This document shows, in pieces, positions 1 through 24,903 of a DNA stretch of 64,000 nt. A program made the translations under genes and the position numbers. The stretch is from Marsupella aquatica. Its lineage: Eukaryota > Plantae > Marchantiophyta. Below the pieces are notes generated by a model. That model was not told the DNA's origin, did not search any database, and saw only the letters and a program-made list of their open reading frames with translations. The first letter of the stretch is position 1. The number at the start of each line of letters is the position of its first letter. Location: NCBI GenBank assembly GCA_973895155.1, contig OZ316895.1, forward strand, positions 21,090,458-21,154,457, given 5' to 3'.

Positions 1-1876
1 CCCTTATGACGTTATCGCGGTTGGTCATTTGTTTCTTCTTTGGGGCTCAGATCATAGGTTTCCTATTGGGGGCCATTTATTTCTTTGGGTCTCCAGGTGA
101 CGCCAACACTGCAAAAACGATGGACATAAATCCAACAATCTTTGCGTTTTTCACTGCGGTCTCCACATTCACAAACGGAGGCTACAACATAAACAATGAT
201 GGAATGTTGCCTTTCCAAAAGTCTAGCTTTCTTTTGATCTTATATACTGTTTTGGCATCACTTGGGAACACAATGTACGCTCCATTCTTGCGACTTTTGG
301 TCTGGATTGGCTATCATTCGGTTGGGGAGAAAAGTAAGGTAGTTTACAAGTACCTGCTTCGCCATCCACGAAGATGTTTTACCAACTTGTTTCCAAGGTC
401 TCACACAGTCTGGCTAGTTTTCATCTTCATTGCCTGCACCAGCATCCAACTGATCTTCTTATGCACATTGGAGTGGGATCAAGCCTTGGGTGGCATGACC
501 ACACTTGACAAACTGATTGCAGGAGTCTATCAGACAGTAGGTACTCGAAATGCAGGTGGGAATGTCATCAACCTCTATCGAATTGCACCTGCAATATTAT
601 TTGTCTTTGTAGTCATGATGTAAGTACAACTTGATACCCTTGGATTGTTTTGTCATCCTGTTGTTCTTTATATTTGCTCTTTATCTCGTCACTCCGAGCA
701 ATATAATGTGGTTTCAGTGGCAATTGCTTCATGCGGTTACCTTTAAGTAACTAACAGGTTCTTAGTGGTGTTGTTATCGACTGCAGGTACATATCAGCTT
801 ACCCAAATTTCTTGTCGCTACAGACAAGTGAGGATAACTATGATGATACAGAACTCTCAGCGCCATCTACCTACAAGGAGAAGATGTATCCCAGCCAATG
901 GCGAAACATTGTGGTTATACAATCCAGGAGACTCCTTGCAAGGGACACCAGCTATTTATTCTTTGCAATTCTCTTTTTGTGTCTATCAGAGAACGCAAGG
1001 ATCAAAAGGGACCCATTGAACTTCTCTATTTTTAACATTGTCTTTGAAGTAATCAGGTTAGCAATAATGAGCCTTCTTCTCTCTCGATGGATTTCTAATA
1101 CAAATGGCACTCATGTGTTGGCAACAAAAATCAGAAGTTTTCTTCATTTGTCTGTACTCTCTTTGCTTTTGGTCTCTATCATTTAGGTTGGGTGGATGTT
1201 TTACCATGCTGAGATTGCAAAATAGGTATCGTTTGTGTGAGATTCGTTGAAGATCTCAATGATGCAGATTCTAAATGATGGCCGGGGCTTAGATTAAATT
1301 TATGCGATTACTGAGTTCAACAAAACGTATGTGAAGGGTAAGGGAGAAATCTACAAGATGGGCAAGACAATTTCCATGACTTCATGCAACTGAAAGGAAC
1401 TTGGACCAGTGCTTAATTGATCGACCACATCAGAGCGTTTTCTAACAAGTATCTTGATCTTGGTTCCTTGCAGTGCATATGGCAGCATTGGGTTATCAAT
1501 TGGCTACCATTGTGATCTAGAGATTGACAAGACCAGTCCCTGTGAGAAAGTGCCTTACAGCTTCTCCGGTACTTGGACCTCTACAGGGAAGTTGATTGTG
1601 GTTGTAATTATGTTCTTAGGCCGGCACCGAGGTCTGCCTGATAATATCGACTCTGCCATTCAGTTACCTGCAACTAAGCCTGCAGCACCAACTCAGCCAC
1701 AAACACCACGGAGGTCCTTTCTTGGCTTCTCCTTCTCCAATGCGTTCTCTATCGATTCACTTCCTAGGTCCCCATGTACACTATCCTCAATAACTTCAAT
1801 TTTAGACTATCGCCATCTTAGATTTGCAATCTTGTATTACAGAATGTTTTTCCGAGATCAAAACCTTGCAGTGTAG
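1..1876 (+). CDS. Trk/HKT-family cation (K+/Na+) transporter, 5'-truncated; exons <1-619, 787-1056, 1474-~1876
   Basis: GT-AG splicing joins MM|YISAYP and FEVIS|AYGSIGLSIGY in frame. Pore-loop motifs FTAVSTFTNGGY, YQTVGTRNAGG and SAYGSIGLS, plus C-terminal GKLIVVVIMFLGRHRGLP. The exact 3' end is uncertain because the last ~50 codons could be further spliced. Confidence 0.9.
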
Positions 1877-4473
1877 TAGCCAGTGCACTTCTTGTATCAC
1901 CTGGCTCGGTTCAATTCGTAGCGTTTATGTTAGAGTTACTTTCCATTTGATGCTTCTTTTTCCTTTGGAAGCAGAAAATCCGCAGAGCCCTTGATTTCAG
2001 ATTCTATGTGTTCTCGTTGTATGAGGGGACATTTATGTGAAGTCCTAGAAACAAACTTTTGCATCCCACTCCAATACTTGGATATCCCTCCTGCGAGATC
2101 CCATTTACAACTTTTCCATGGTCACTTTTGTCTCGTAGTTTACTAACCGGGGATCCTCATGCAAGAATTCTTGAGTTTTTTCATTGTCATGTATCTCATA
2201 CGAAATATGCTGTTTGCTGGAGCCCACAATCAACTGTTGTATGGACTGATGCATATATTCATTGCTAATATAGCCTACAATTCACCAGCTGGAGGAAACC
2301 CAAGTGCAGGAAGGGGAAAATGAGAATAAGCACGTGCTAAGTGATAGTTTGCAATGACGAAGAATCGCTTCTGCAAGCACTCTCGTTGCTCAGTTCATTT
2401 AAAACTCAAAAACCCAAAAGTATTAATGGAAATGGGGACTTTGCCCAAGATAACTAAGCTCTTCATATTTGCGCTTTTCCTGCTGGATTTCGGTGCTCTT
2501 TGACCTCTATTTATCGTATGAAAGCTCATGGTCGTAGACCACAGTTCTGGCAGAAGGTGCGAGGAGTACATGACAGAGGCTGCGCTCACAATGCCCACAC
2601 AACTCCAGCAACTAGCCCAGAGGCTCTCCCCGGACTTCATGAGGCAGTGGAATGACATTGAATGTGTTAGTGAGCTTGGGAAAAGAGTAGAAAGTTCGGT
2701 AATTCGAGAAACTCTGAACAGTACCCACATCTAGTGCTCTGGTCCCGAATCAATTTGTTGACATTCTTGGAAAAAGACCAATTGTTAAAGATGACAATGA
2801 GGTCTGCACCAAATGGAGTAGAGTGGACTTCAAGAGCTGCAGAGATTAACTTGGACACGAGTCATTCTCGTAGTGTACACTCTAGTGACAAAAAATAGCT
2901 AATGATTTGGAGCTGATCAATTCCAATTCAATATTATCTGATATCAAATTGTTGTATGGCGCTTCTGTATGTCTGATTCATTCGATGTTCAACTTCAAGA
3001 GAGAGACAACCTGCAAACGAGAGACACATTTCCGATTCTTGCATACATTTTCTTCATGTGATGGATGAGTGACCAACTTCAACAACGTGGTACAGCTCGT
3101 GCTTGGGGGCCCAGCGTAGGTGCAACAAAGTGACATGCAAATCGTCCAAGAATTGCCTCATGTGAGAGTTGGGGTGGCTTTACAAGAACTTGGGACCACA
3201 AATGGTCACCGGTCACCCATTGCAAACGTAAGGTCCATTTCATATCTAAAGTTGGAATGCTTGAGCCCAAATGTGTAGGTTGGAGAAAATAAATGCAAGA
3301 GCCTGAATGGAATAGAAAATGAAAAAGCATGGCCACATCAGCAAAGCACCCTTGAGGTCCATTCTTTAGACCACCTCAAGAGGTGGTGCATGTTTTTGAT
3401 TAAAAAATGGCCACATAGGCAAAACACCCTTGGCCATTGGTTAGCCGACCCAAGAGGTGGTCTAAGTTTTTGATATAAGGGCCAGGCCACATCAGCAAAA
3501 CAGGGTCCACTGGTAGGTGACTAGGGTCAGTGGTATTGCCAGATTGTGCCCCCAAGTTCATGTAGAGTGAGGTCTGGTCAGTTCCCACACTTGAATGGGT
3601 AACATTGCATCTCACCCCAAAGAAAAAAAAGTGTCTGGACTTTTAGTTGTTGTAAAGCCCCCCTTGTAAAGACTCCCTTATGCACATTCCAGTCACTGAA
3701 AATGTGAGACTCTTGTGTTAGGGTACCTTTTGCCATGTTCCCCACAATGGGGAGACAGAAGAAGGGACACATTCATCGCTCTTCTAGAATGTTGGAACCA
3801 AAAACATCTACTCTAGTACATTTTGCATCACAATCACAAACATAAGTTTATTCTCTTTCTTCCACAGTAATTTCTAGAGTGCTTCATCAGTCTAGGGAGA
3901 GTTGTCTCTATATGGCAAAGTAACCAGCACATGGTACAGGGTGAGTTACTTTTAGGCCTCCAGTCAAGTACTCGGGGCAGCAAGTACACTATGAAATTTG
4001 TTTTTTGCCTTCCCATAGTGCTCTGGGCTAAGTCACCAAGAGGACCAGAGCCAAACCGCCCACACTCTGGGTGAAAGAGTGCAGGCGGGAGCACCATTGC
4101 AGAGCAGGAGTGAAGGGAAAGGTGAGGACTACAGAGTAGCAACCATTGATTGAGCATGAGGATAAAATGTCCAAGAGAGGACAAACATGTGCACTGGGGA
4201 ACAAGCTCTACGGCAAGAAGGTGTTACCAGGGTTTGACATATTTAACCCACCCTGTTTTTATCTCACTACCAGTTCTTTGAGTTAAGACACTAGCCTGAG
4301 TACCCGTTCCTTGAATGTAAATACATATAAGACCAAAAAAGCCTTGACAGAAAAAGGCCTTGCAAAAGAATCTATGCTGGTTCCCTTTATCTTTGCCCCC
4401 ATCTCTGTTTTTGGTATGCCCTCCACTTTCGATAATGTCCTTATTAGTTTTGTCTTTATCTTACTGTCAAGAG

Positions 4474-4695
4474 GCGTCACTCTAGAAATCTAGACCCCAC
4501 CTCTAGCTTTTGTTTGCAATTAGATTCATAGCTTGCATTTGCGATAACTCACTAACCATGCTCATCCATTTTCTCACCATCTCCGCGTCACTCTAGAAAT
4601 CTAGACCCCACCTCTAGCTTTTGTTTGCAATTAGATTCATAGCTTGCATTTGCAATAACTCACTAACCATGCTCACCCATTTTCTCACCATCTCC
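4474..4695. repeat. Tandem duplication, 2 x 111 bp
   Basis: GCGTCACTCTAGAAATCTAGACCCCACC...CACCATCTCC starts at 4474 and again at 4585, nearly identical. Confidence 0.9.
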
Positions 4696-5734
4696 AGTTA
4701 TGAAAACCTCTAAATTGCCCTACCATTTTGATCCATTTCATAAAGCTTGATAGTAAAACAATGATTTTTTAAAAGACCCTCATGAGAACTGTTTTACAAA
4801 TTCCCTGGCTCCACATGCAGGATGTCAGCATTTTTTGTCACAACCAAGGACATCTAAGTTTGTGGCAATACACAAACAGGACAGTGTGTGTTTGACTCAA
4901 GGCTGGCAAAAATGGTTAGATCATGAACCATAAGAACTGCCTGTAACAACAAAAAACATGGTTGAAAAAACAACCACATAAAAAATCATCACATCTTTTA
5001 GATCAATGGGTGAGATTAGATATTGATGATTACAGATCACAATCCCGATCACAATGTGCGCATTGAACTGATGGTACTTTAGTTGTCAAGTGTGCTTTTT
5101 GAGTTTTCATGGACGGTGGTGTTTCTATGTTACTAGGGTATGCTATGATACTAATTTGCATCAAAATAAATTTTCAGCCATAACTTTCTTGTCTAAATTC
5201 TGATTGGGCCCAGGGCTGGGCATAAATTGTTGATGCTGTTGCCTAGCTTGGGGACTTATTCACCATAAAGTTGAAAGTAAAATGGATTTCCCAAGTTTAG
5301 TACAATCAGATGAAAGAGAAGGGAAAAAAAAAGTAAAAGGAGGGAGGGGGAGGGGGGGGGGGGGGGTCGGGGCAAAAAAATGAAATAAAATGCTGCTACT
5401 TGACATAAAACAATTTGGAGGATTCAGTTTGTATCCACACAGAACTAATACTGAATCATTAGTGAAAAACTGCACCTAGGAGGCAATTAGTTTGCAAGCA
5501 ACTATTTTCTGCAACTTACTGACACAACTATGACTTAGTGCAAAATGTCAATGGCTCTCGACAGTTTTGAATTGGGCCACCATGGATTGCTAGACAACTT
5601 CATTGCATATGAGCTGCTTCCCCATCCCCAAGCTCTCCCATGATCAGGCCCAATCACGGGATGCTATTGGCACCATCAATAGTCTCAGATGTAACCCCCT
5701 CGAAAGTTGGGTTTCTTGGCCTCCCCTGCGTGCT

Positions 5735-5780
5735 ACCTCCAAGGCTCAACCTCCAAGGCTCAACCTCCAAGGCTCAACCT
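5735..5780. repeat. 14-bp minisatellite (ACCTCCAAGGCTCA) x ~3
   Basis: Read directly from the sequence. Confidence 0.85.
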
Positions 5781-6706
5781 CATCACTTCTCTGCCTGCCC
5801 CTTCACACCCTTCACACCCAGATGACACAAACATGATAATGCTGGTTTGTGTAATCTCACAAACAAAGTGTGTTGTGTTTGTGACTTTTGCAAACCCAAT
5901 TTGGCCTATTTGTGGCCTCTTGTGCCCAACGAGGGTTCACCCTATGTAAGCCAGGGGTTAGTTGCTGGACTCACACAATATCTGGTCATTGGTGGCTGAC
6001 TTTGATCCATTCCCGGCCCAAGGTTTTTAACTGCCGCAATCATGGACTCCATTTGACAGCTTCTGGCACTGTGGCGGTGTGTGTGTGCTCTGGCCCCTTG
6101 GGTTGTGGTTTTCTCTGTGCCCCATTGATTTTTACTATGGAGGTCTTTGAATACCCTAGCCAGGCCATTCTAGTCTTTTCTTCAAAAGGGAGAGAAAAAA
6201 TTAAAAGACATACATAGCCTAAGCCTTAGAGTGAAGCCATGGGCCATAACTTATCTGATTGGCTGAACTTTGTTGAGTAGTTGTGATGGGGGCCCAAAAA
6301 TGGCCCAAGACGTATTTGTCAGAAAATACATAGTTCCAATACTTTTGCCCCAGTATTTTGGTCTGCCATACTTTTTGTCTCTGCTAGTATTTTTTTCCCA
6401 GTTCCTTAATGTATGTATTACAGCATGGGACAAAACTAGATGAGAGGAGCATTTAATATTTTGTTTCTGTCTAGAGTGTCACAGTTGAAATATTCAATGT
6501 TTATAAACACAAGTTCAGCCTTTGTGACCCAACCCTTTTTGGTCCAGGGCGTATATTTAAACTATGCTATTTAAACTATGCTTGTGAGTAAGGACGGCCG
6601 GGGAGTCTGGGTAGAGAAAGTTCATGTATGGGTTTGAGGGTCTAGGTTTTGAGTTTCAAGGGATTGTTCCTATGGAACTCGTTCCTTAATACTGGTCACT
6701 GAAATT

Positions 6707-6714
6707 TAGGGTTT
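6707..6714. promoter_or_regulatory. Telo-box (AAACCCTA, reverse orientation) upstream of NRPC1; second copy at 7932-7939 in intron 2
   Basis: TAGGGTTT ~440 bp upstream of the NRPC1 ATG. Telo-boxes are common at plant genes for transcription/translation machinery. Function is inferred only. Confidence 0.35.
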
Positions 6715-7145
6715 AACTTCTTCATAGAGGGTTTTTGAGTTGTCGAACTCAAGTCTTCTTCGCTGGGGTTTCATTGTTCTCGAAAATAGCTCTTTCAGAA
6801 GCCAAATTGAAAAGTCAATTCAATGCCGGATGAGTAGACCGGTGCGATTCGTCTGTCTGTTCACTGTTACGGCTGAATTGACACTCTTCGAATGTGAATT
6901 GAACTGAGCGGCGATGAGAATGAGCTCTCTAGCTGAAGAGGAGCTTCCTCGTTGCCCGAGGAGCTGAGAGAATTTTGGAACGGTAGATTGGCGGAGATGG
7001 AAATTTGCACTTACGGGCCACACCAGCTGGAACAATCACTATAACCACAAATTCACTTCGTCCACCGCAATCGTTGATTTCGTGCCTTATGGTGGAAATT
7101 TCGATGCCCTGAGTCGATTTAGGGTCGACCAGTGGATCGGCATAG

Positions 7146-17827
<10,682 letters not shown>

Positions 17828-19822
17828 GCAATATAATGAAGGGTAGCCCTCCGGAACGCCTGACAAAGGTGCCATATTCTGATGGGATTCTTGTATCAAG
17901 AAAGGTATGATCGATATCCTGCTGTGGATTCTACAGACTTTTACGCAGGTCTCAGCGCTTCGAGAGTTATTTTGAATAGTTTTGTTTCTTGTAGCCAGCT
18001 TTGCAGTTTTTATTGCTTTTTGCTCTTGTTAAGTGTTTGAGACTGGAGTCTTACATGTGTTTGCAGGATCATTCCCTTCATCTTTCAAATTCATTGGTCT
18101 GATTGATCAAACGCAGCAATTCAGTCCTTGGAAGGATACGCACATATCCTGATGAGAAGGAGTTTCCGGACTTGCAGCGAGATTGATCTATTCTGATTTT
18201 GACTTTTGGATGTGATTGTGAGTACGTGAGTAACGTAAAAAAAGTTATAATGGTTCTTTTTAAGTCGCCCTGGTTGCAAAACTGCAACTCAGAAGTTCAC
18301 CTCTGCCTATGAGTAGAGAAGGGAGTAAGACTTTTGTCGAATTTTGTTCAAATGGAAGTGAGAGACCGAGCTTTAAGTGGCAATGCAATCTGTGACTGCA
18401 GGAGCTCTATATAAGGAGACTTCACCCGTAAACTGGTGATCATAAGTGTTCTTAATTTGGTGGCCCATTAAGCGATACCTCCTTTTTCAGTTACCATCCA
18501 AGTGGGGATTCGATTTAAATGGGAAAGGAATAAAGCTATCCCATGACCCTTACATATGATGTAAGGTCATATGTAACGTCAATGAACAGCATGAAGATAG
18601 ATGACGTGCATCGAGTCATGCTTCTCCCTCCAAACCAAGTGAATGGTTAATTTAACTCGGGGCCACACTCTGTTTCTTCAGATCAAGTGGCAAAAGACGA
18701 ATTGTTGGCAAAAGTGAAGTAAGCCCGGAACAACAGCGTGGGAGGAAATTAAAGAGACTACGAAAGACTACAGAAGTATGAAATGAATCAAAACGTTACG
18801 TGCAAGGCATTGAGTAATTACTCATCGGTTATCAAGAAGCAGGTAATAATGCGTCTTGAGCTGTCGCTGTTGCGCTGAAATTAGATCTGACTTTGTACTG
18901 TGACATCACATTTATCTTTGTTCAAGATCCCTCTAGCAACCAATAGCTTGCAAACTTATGGTACAAAATGAACGGCCTGTAGGAGATGTACTTTATATAC
19001 TGACACAAGCAGATAAAAACTTGTGAAGAATGGAAACGAAATTATGAAAGGAGCCTCTTGCTAATAACCTAAATCTCACATATAGGAAACCTATCCTCCA
19101 ATCGGGGGACTGTCCTCCAAGATTGATCCATATTTTGCATGAACTATTGTTGTCCTGTCGAAAATTCAAGCCTTCCGGAGTGTATCAGTTGCTAGTGACT
19201 TCCCTTGAAAATGAATTCTAGAGTCATTTCAAAGTGTGATTATGGAAGTTAGCCTTCCTATAATAACACTTTGATAGGGAGACAATTATGCACTTGACCA
19301 TTTGTACAGGAAACTCCACATTAGGGTATTCCGAGTGCGTATCGTCTTACTGAATGTAGACTTTCTTGACCTCAACGTGCCTTGATTACTGTTTGGTTTT
19401 GTTTCTGTGAGAGGCCAGTGCAGTTTGTGCTCGGAAAGGATTCTTGTTTTAAGCGATCCATAACACGCATTTTAGATAAGAAATTTTATAGGACCATACG
19501 AATCTGAGGATCATAGCCGCTGTTTTGTGTGCAAGTCCTTGACTACCTGATCTGACATAGGTCCATCATGATCTAGTAGTTCAACCTGAAATTGGTGGCA
19601 ACTGTTTCTCATTTTGCTTGATTAACGTATTGGTACATTTATTCTCTTCCTTTTTGGGTAGAGATGTGATCGAGCTTGACAGCCCACACCTGTGAACAGA
19701 AGTGAAAGCCTCTTTGGTTTCACGCTCTGGTTGTGTGGCCAGTGAAGGATGGCTTATGGATTGTACATACCCTAAATGCTGTAGTTAAATTGCCTGCCAT
19801 AAAAAGTTGTTCAATATGACCT

Positions 19823-22800
19823 CTATCCCAACAAAATACCAGGATGTTGTTTTCTGAAATCTTGGTTAAATATCATTCTGTCATATCCTAGCTGATTGTT
19901 CTGTTTTGCCACTTTCCTCCTCTCTAGTCTCGCTGCTTGAGCTTTGGCTGACAACTCAATAATTTCTTTCTCCACAGCTTTGTCTTTCTTAGCCAGCTCT
20001 TCCATTCGCTTCTGTGCTTCCTCCCCTGCTTTCTTCAGCCTTTCAATTTCCTCTCTTGCTTGTTGGATCATAGTCTTCTTAGCCTGCACCATGCCAAATC
20101 AACATCCCGGAGAAGTCAAATCACTTTTGCATGCTTTGAAGTGTACATCGCCAGAGATGCCAACATTTAGAAACAACCGGCTGACAACCAATGCTTAGGA
20201 TACGATCTGATGATCATATTTCTGCCATAATGCGTGTCAGGGATGACAGGGCAAGATAGACTGAACTAAGGGAGTGTCCTTACCTCAATCTGGTATTGAA
20301 CTTTTGGATTTGTAACTGCAAGACGAGGCAGTTGCTTGTTGCAGATTTTCAAATCGTTGTTGTCCTCTTTGGCCTCTTTGTACAACAACTCCATGTGGTC
20401 TAAGAGGATCTTCAGTCTTAAAATCTCAGCAGCAACTGTGTCTCTCTCAACCTCAGTTTCCTGAGAAGAGATGGGGCAAATACATTCAAGCCCATATTGT
20501 GAGAGACTGTAGAAGTACTTCATCACTATCTCGTTCACAATAGCCAAACAGTTAAACCGTTACATAAATTATGAAACAATTGATTATACGAGTTCTGCCT
20601 ATGGGAACACACGACAACAGTTTAAAACTTTAAATCTCATATGATCTCTGCCACCATACAGAAGGGAAGAGCGAGGAAGCAAGACTGAGACTACAAAAAT
20701 CCAGAGAAGACAATCCATGAAGATTTAACCCATTGAAACAAGAATTCTATGAAGGCTGAACTTAAATCCAGTAGGGAGATTGCATGCATTCTGGTTAGAG
20801 TGATTTGTGGAGAGATGAATCCGTTATGGTGCTAGGGTTACTCACTCTTGTATGTGTGGCACCAAGATCTTTGCGAAGTAGGGCAAGTTCTCCATACTTC
20901 CTTTCAGCAACAACATCTTCTAGAACATCAATTTGGGCTCCCAAACCTGCATTAGAAAATGTGGAAACATTATTACACACCTTTCAAAATGCAAGCATCG
21001 TCTAACTTGTCAGCTGAGATTCATAGAATTCCATGTAGATGAAAAGTAGTTGAAAATCCTTTCAATTATGTATTAGATCCTTCAACTCAATGAAGCCAAG
21101 CGATCTGCCCTGGGAAAGATTCTGCAAACTAAATAAGATTCATCTAGTTACAATAAGGCGGAAATAGTGAATTTTGTATGAGTAGCAAGGTTCCATGATT
21201 ATCCGGCAATCTCAACATGAAATAGAATGAAAGAATTCTTTCAGATGTAGATCCCATTCAAGCGAACTTCAAGCTTAACGAAATAAGCAGTCTGTAATGT
21301 ATCTCCTTAAGGAACTTCCCCTTGAGCTCTTAAGACACAAGAAATTTAGCCTTGCAAGGAAGGGCATTATGCAATTGACAGTTATAAGCTTTGATGGGGT
21401 CTCCATCCAAACCATTATGCTTAAATATCTGAGCTATGTGACACCATACTCATGTCATCCGAGTCAAAACTGATATTTCCAGACTCCCCGTGTGAGCATA
21501 AGAATCATATTAGAGAACAAGATCTGGGATGGAGATCCCTTGCATCCAAGAATTTTAACTCCAATGCACATACATTCAAAGAGGAGGAAAAGTATTCCAA
21601 ACACACAAAGTTAAGGGTGAAAAAGAAAACAGAATCTACAAGCACCATATTTACATTCAAATCCAGGAGACTGAGTGGCAAGGTCAGATTAGATCAGGTG
21701 AGTGAGGCCAGTGCCAGGTCAGTGTAGGCAAAAGACAGCCAGTAAACCAGAGTACAGTATAGGTCAATAGTACACTAAACAATAATAGCTTGATCTTGTG
21801 GTTTAAATGTAAACTTGACTAGTTGAGCATATATTCACCTCAAATATCAAACTTACTTAATTAACTACCGGACTGTACTACACAGTTATGGGATAAATGT
21901 GAGGCATACACTTCATTTAAATCAATGACAATTACATCTAAAGTTATGTGACTCACGTGTATAATTTTACAATTTACATGCATAAATATATATGTAAATT
22001 TGTGTGAATCATAAATAAACACAGAAAACTCAATATACAAATGATGTAAGACAGTATGAAAAAAAATACTCGCATTAATGGGGTTTGTGATAGCATCTAA
22101 GGTCTAACATAATCTCGGTGGAATGAAGGCGGCAAAACTATTCTCAAAAACAACTAGATTATAATGCTTCTTCTCAGATTCTATTCTTCATCTAAATTAA
22201 TAGAAGAAACCCTTACTATATAGAAGTCGACATTTTCTTCCTAGTGTAGTGCGGGGTGTAGTGAATGTCTGAGTTCTACCTAGTAAGTGAGTGAGTACAT
22301 TATTATGATCAATTGCTCTACACGCGTGCCTGCTTAACCATGGTCGAGGTTTGCAGTTTGTATGTTGAAAGCCAAGCAGGCTGGTTGGTTTAGTGTTAGC
22401 TTACTTGCATGCTTGCTTCATGCTGCTTCAATGCTCATTGCTTCATGCTGCTTCGACAATAGTCATCCAGTCCCTGCAGGCAATGACGAGCATGGCGCAC
22501 CAAAAGACGCTTAACGAAGCTCGACAAAGGTCGCTGATGGTGACTGTCCTTAATCAAAGTAGATAAACAGGCTGCAAGTATCGAGGTCTTCGTTTGAATA
22601 TGCGAGAGATTGTATGGTGGGTGAACAATTTTTTGATTGAGATGACATTTGCTTGGTCGCACATTAGGTGATAGTGTACATATAAGTGTCCTAGAATTCC
22701 AAGAATTACAGTTGACAATCTAGCACCTGTTTTAGATCATCTAATGGAAGAATACCTATAGTGAATTGAGGGAAGAAAAAATTCAATGTATGAATAGAAT

Positions 22801-24903
22801 AAAGAGACAGGAAATATATTAAAGATATATAGAGAGTAATCAAGAAGGATAAAGAGAGAGATTGAAGAGACCAAGATTTAAAGAGAATAGAAGAAATCAA
22901 TTATTGAGCGAGAAAGGGAGGCAAAAAGACTGGCCTTTGTATTTGCTCTCTAGCCGGACTACACCACCAGTGCGTGGAGCATCGTAGTTCCCTCGTAATT
23001 CCAATTCTTCAATCTCTCTCTCCAATTTCCTACAATGTCATTCATTCACAGTTTGCCAGACATTATTTGCATGGCCATTTATATGAATTAGCAGTTACAC
23101 GAGCCAGTGGTTATTCTGACAAACTAACCATCAAATTTCAGGAATTTCATCAGAATTGCTTGCCAAGGGCCATGTTTTCCTTACGTTCACAAGGTTCAAT
23201 GTTGAATGTGATAAGACATAGGATTTCCCTTCTTTGAGTAACGGAACATAGAGATTTGGAATGTGGCACTAATTAAGGTTTGATTCCTGGTTTCACAAAC
23301 TTCAATTGCTAGTTCAGAACTGATCCATTGGTTTCGCAGAAGGCCATTGTGGCATTGATGATGCCAAACACATTTTATTATTATGGTATGTTATCCCATC
23401 TATCTCTGAATCTAATATCATTAAATCCTTGACTGAGGCCATGGATAGCAAGAGGGAGATTAGATAAAACAAATATTAGAGTATACATACAGATCTGTCA
23501 AATTAAATCTATGTTCCATACATACAAGGATTTGTCTGCTCTGACTTCATGAGACAGTATTTTCAAGACCAACAAGGTGACATATGAATTGCTACTCAGA
23601 TCTATTTCGGATTTCTTATAGTACAATTCAAAAACCCTGTTTATATCTAGATAATTATATCAAGAAACTCCATGGCAAGCATGTTGGCTTTTGTCTTCCT
23701 CCCTCTTTGTATGATTTTATTCTAGATCACTACTGACCATGTATCTATATGATAAAAACTGAATGACTGGCCATCCCCTACAAGATTCATGCTCAAACAT
23801 ATTCTTTTTCCCTTTCTGTGTGGTTCATTAAGGACATGGATGGTATCAAATGATGCCTCATTGGTGATGCATTTTGACTAGAGTGACAGCAGATGTGACT
23901 ATTGGGAACTGAGTAGGAGGAGGAACCTTGGGTCAGAATCTATATTCTAGGTAACTATTAAATGCAAAGAAAGAATAGTGAGAACTAGCAAATTCATTGA
24001 TATTTCTAGTATAGCTAATACTAGGATGGTGTCCTTGACTACAAAGGTGTCTATCAAATATGGCTAGATGATGAAAGTGTAAAATTACTGGACTTATGAT
24101 ATATGTTGTAATTCTTTGAGGCCAAAAATGTAGGGTTGCATGAAAATTTTGACGTAAGTATGACTTAGTTTAAGGTTTAAATTAAAGAAGTACTTATATT
24201 CTGAGCTATAAAACCCTATTTCCCACGATCATAAACAAATGGCATCAGTCAGAAAATTACGGCCAAGCAAACCGGCAGAACCCCAGAAAGTGACCAATCA
24301 AATAAATTTCTAAGTACAGCAAAATCATAGTTATCTGCTTGAATGGCTGAATTCAAAGTAATGTGCACCAAGCTTTTAATTCCCTGAAAGAACATCTGAA
24401 GAGAAAACAATGCATTTGGATTGATCTGGCCGAGATAAGAATGTCAAAAGATATTGATTTTTCCTAGCTTTCAATAATCCAGGGAGGAGGGATTTAACAA
24501 TTTAGGAGCCACAAGATTAATTTGTTACTTAGTATACACATATTTTAATCTAAGAATTGGATACAATTAATGGAGGTAGTGAGGATGCATACCTGCTGTC
24601 CTCGAGCAACCTAAGGTAGTACTGTTTATGCATGTGAAGGTGAGTCTCTGACTCCTCTAGAGCTTTCTTCAGATCAATGATCTCAACCAACAAAGACTCC
24701 TTATCACGGTGACGAGCAATAATTGGCACCCGACCTTTCCCAAAGATGGGGGCATTTGCAACAATGTCTTTTGCTACCTTGTCCATGTACAACACCGTTT
24801 GTGATGATGTCTCTGCAATGGCCATTGCAATACTTTTCCTCTCAGGGGCTGGTTCATCAGTTTTCTTGCTTGTAAACCCCAGAGCTGCAAGAATGGCAGC
24901 CAT
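19823..24903 (-). CDS. Uncharacterised coiled-coil protein; exons ~24903-24593, ~20946-20846, ~20461-20285, ~20083-19823 (probably one more exon)
   Basis: Four ORF blocks rich in E/K/L heptads, bounded by canonical splice sites. The last three join in phase 0. Exon 1 ends in phase 2 but the next visible exon needs phase 1, so an exon is missing or an alternative site is used. Confidence 0.7.

Noticed and set aside
5339-5373. Long G run with G-quadruplex potential
   Set aside because: It is a simple homopolymer in repeat-derived DNA with no functional context.
18405-18575. TATATAA followed by an Sm-like AATTTGG and a short hairpin (18542-18572), as a possible snRNA gene
   Set aside because: There is no USE element and no resemblance to any snRNA I can recognise.
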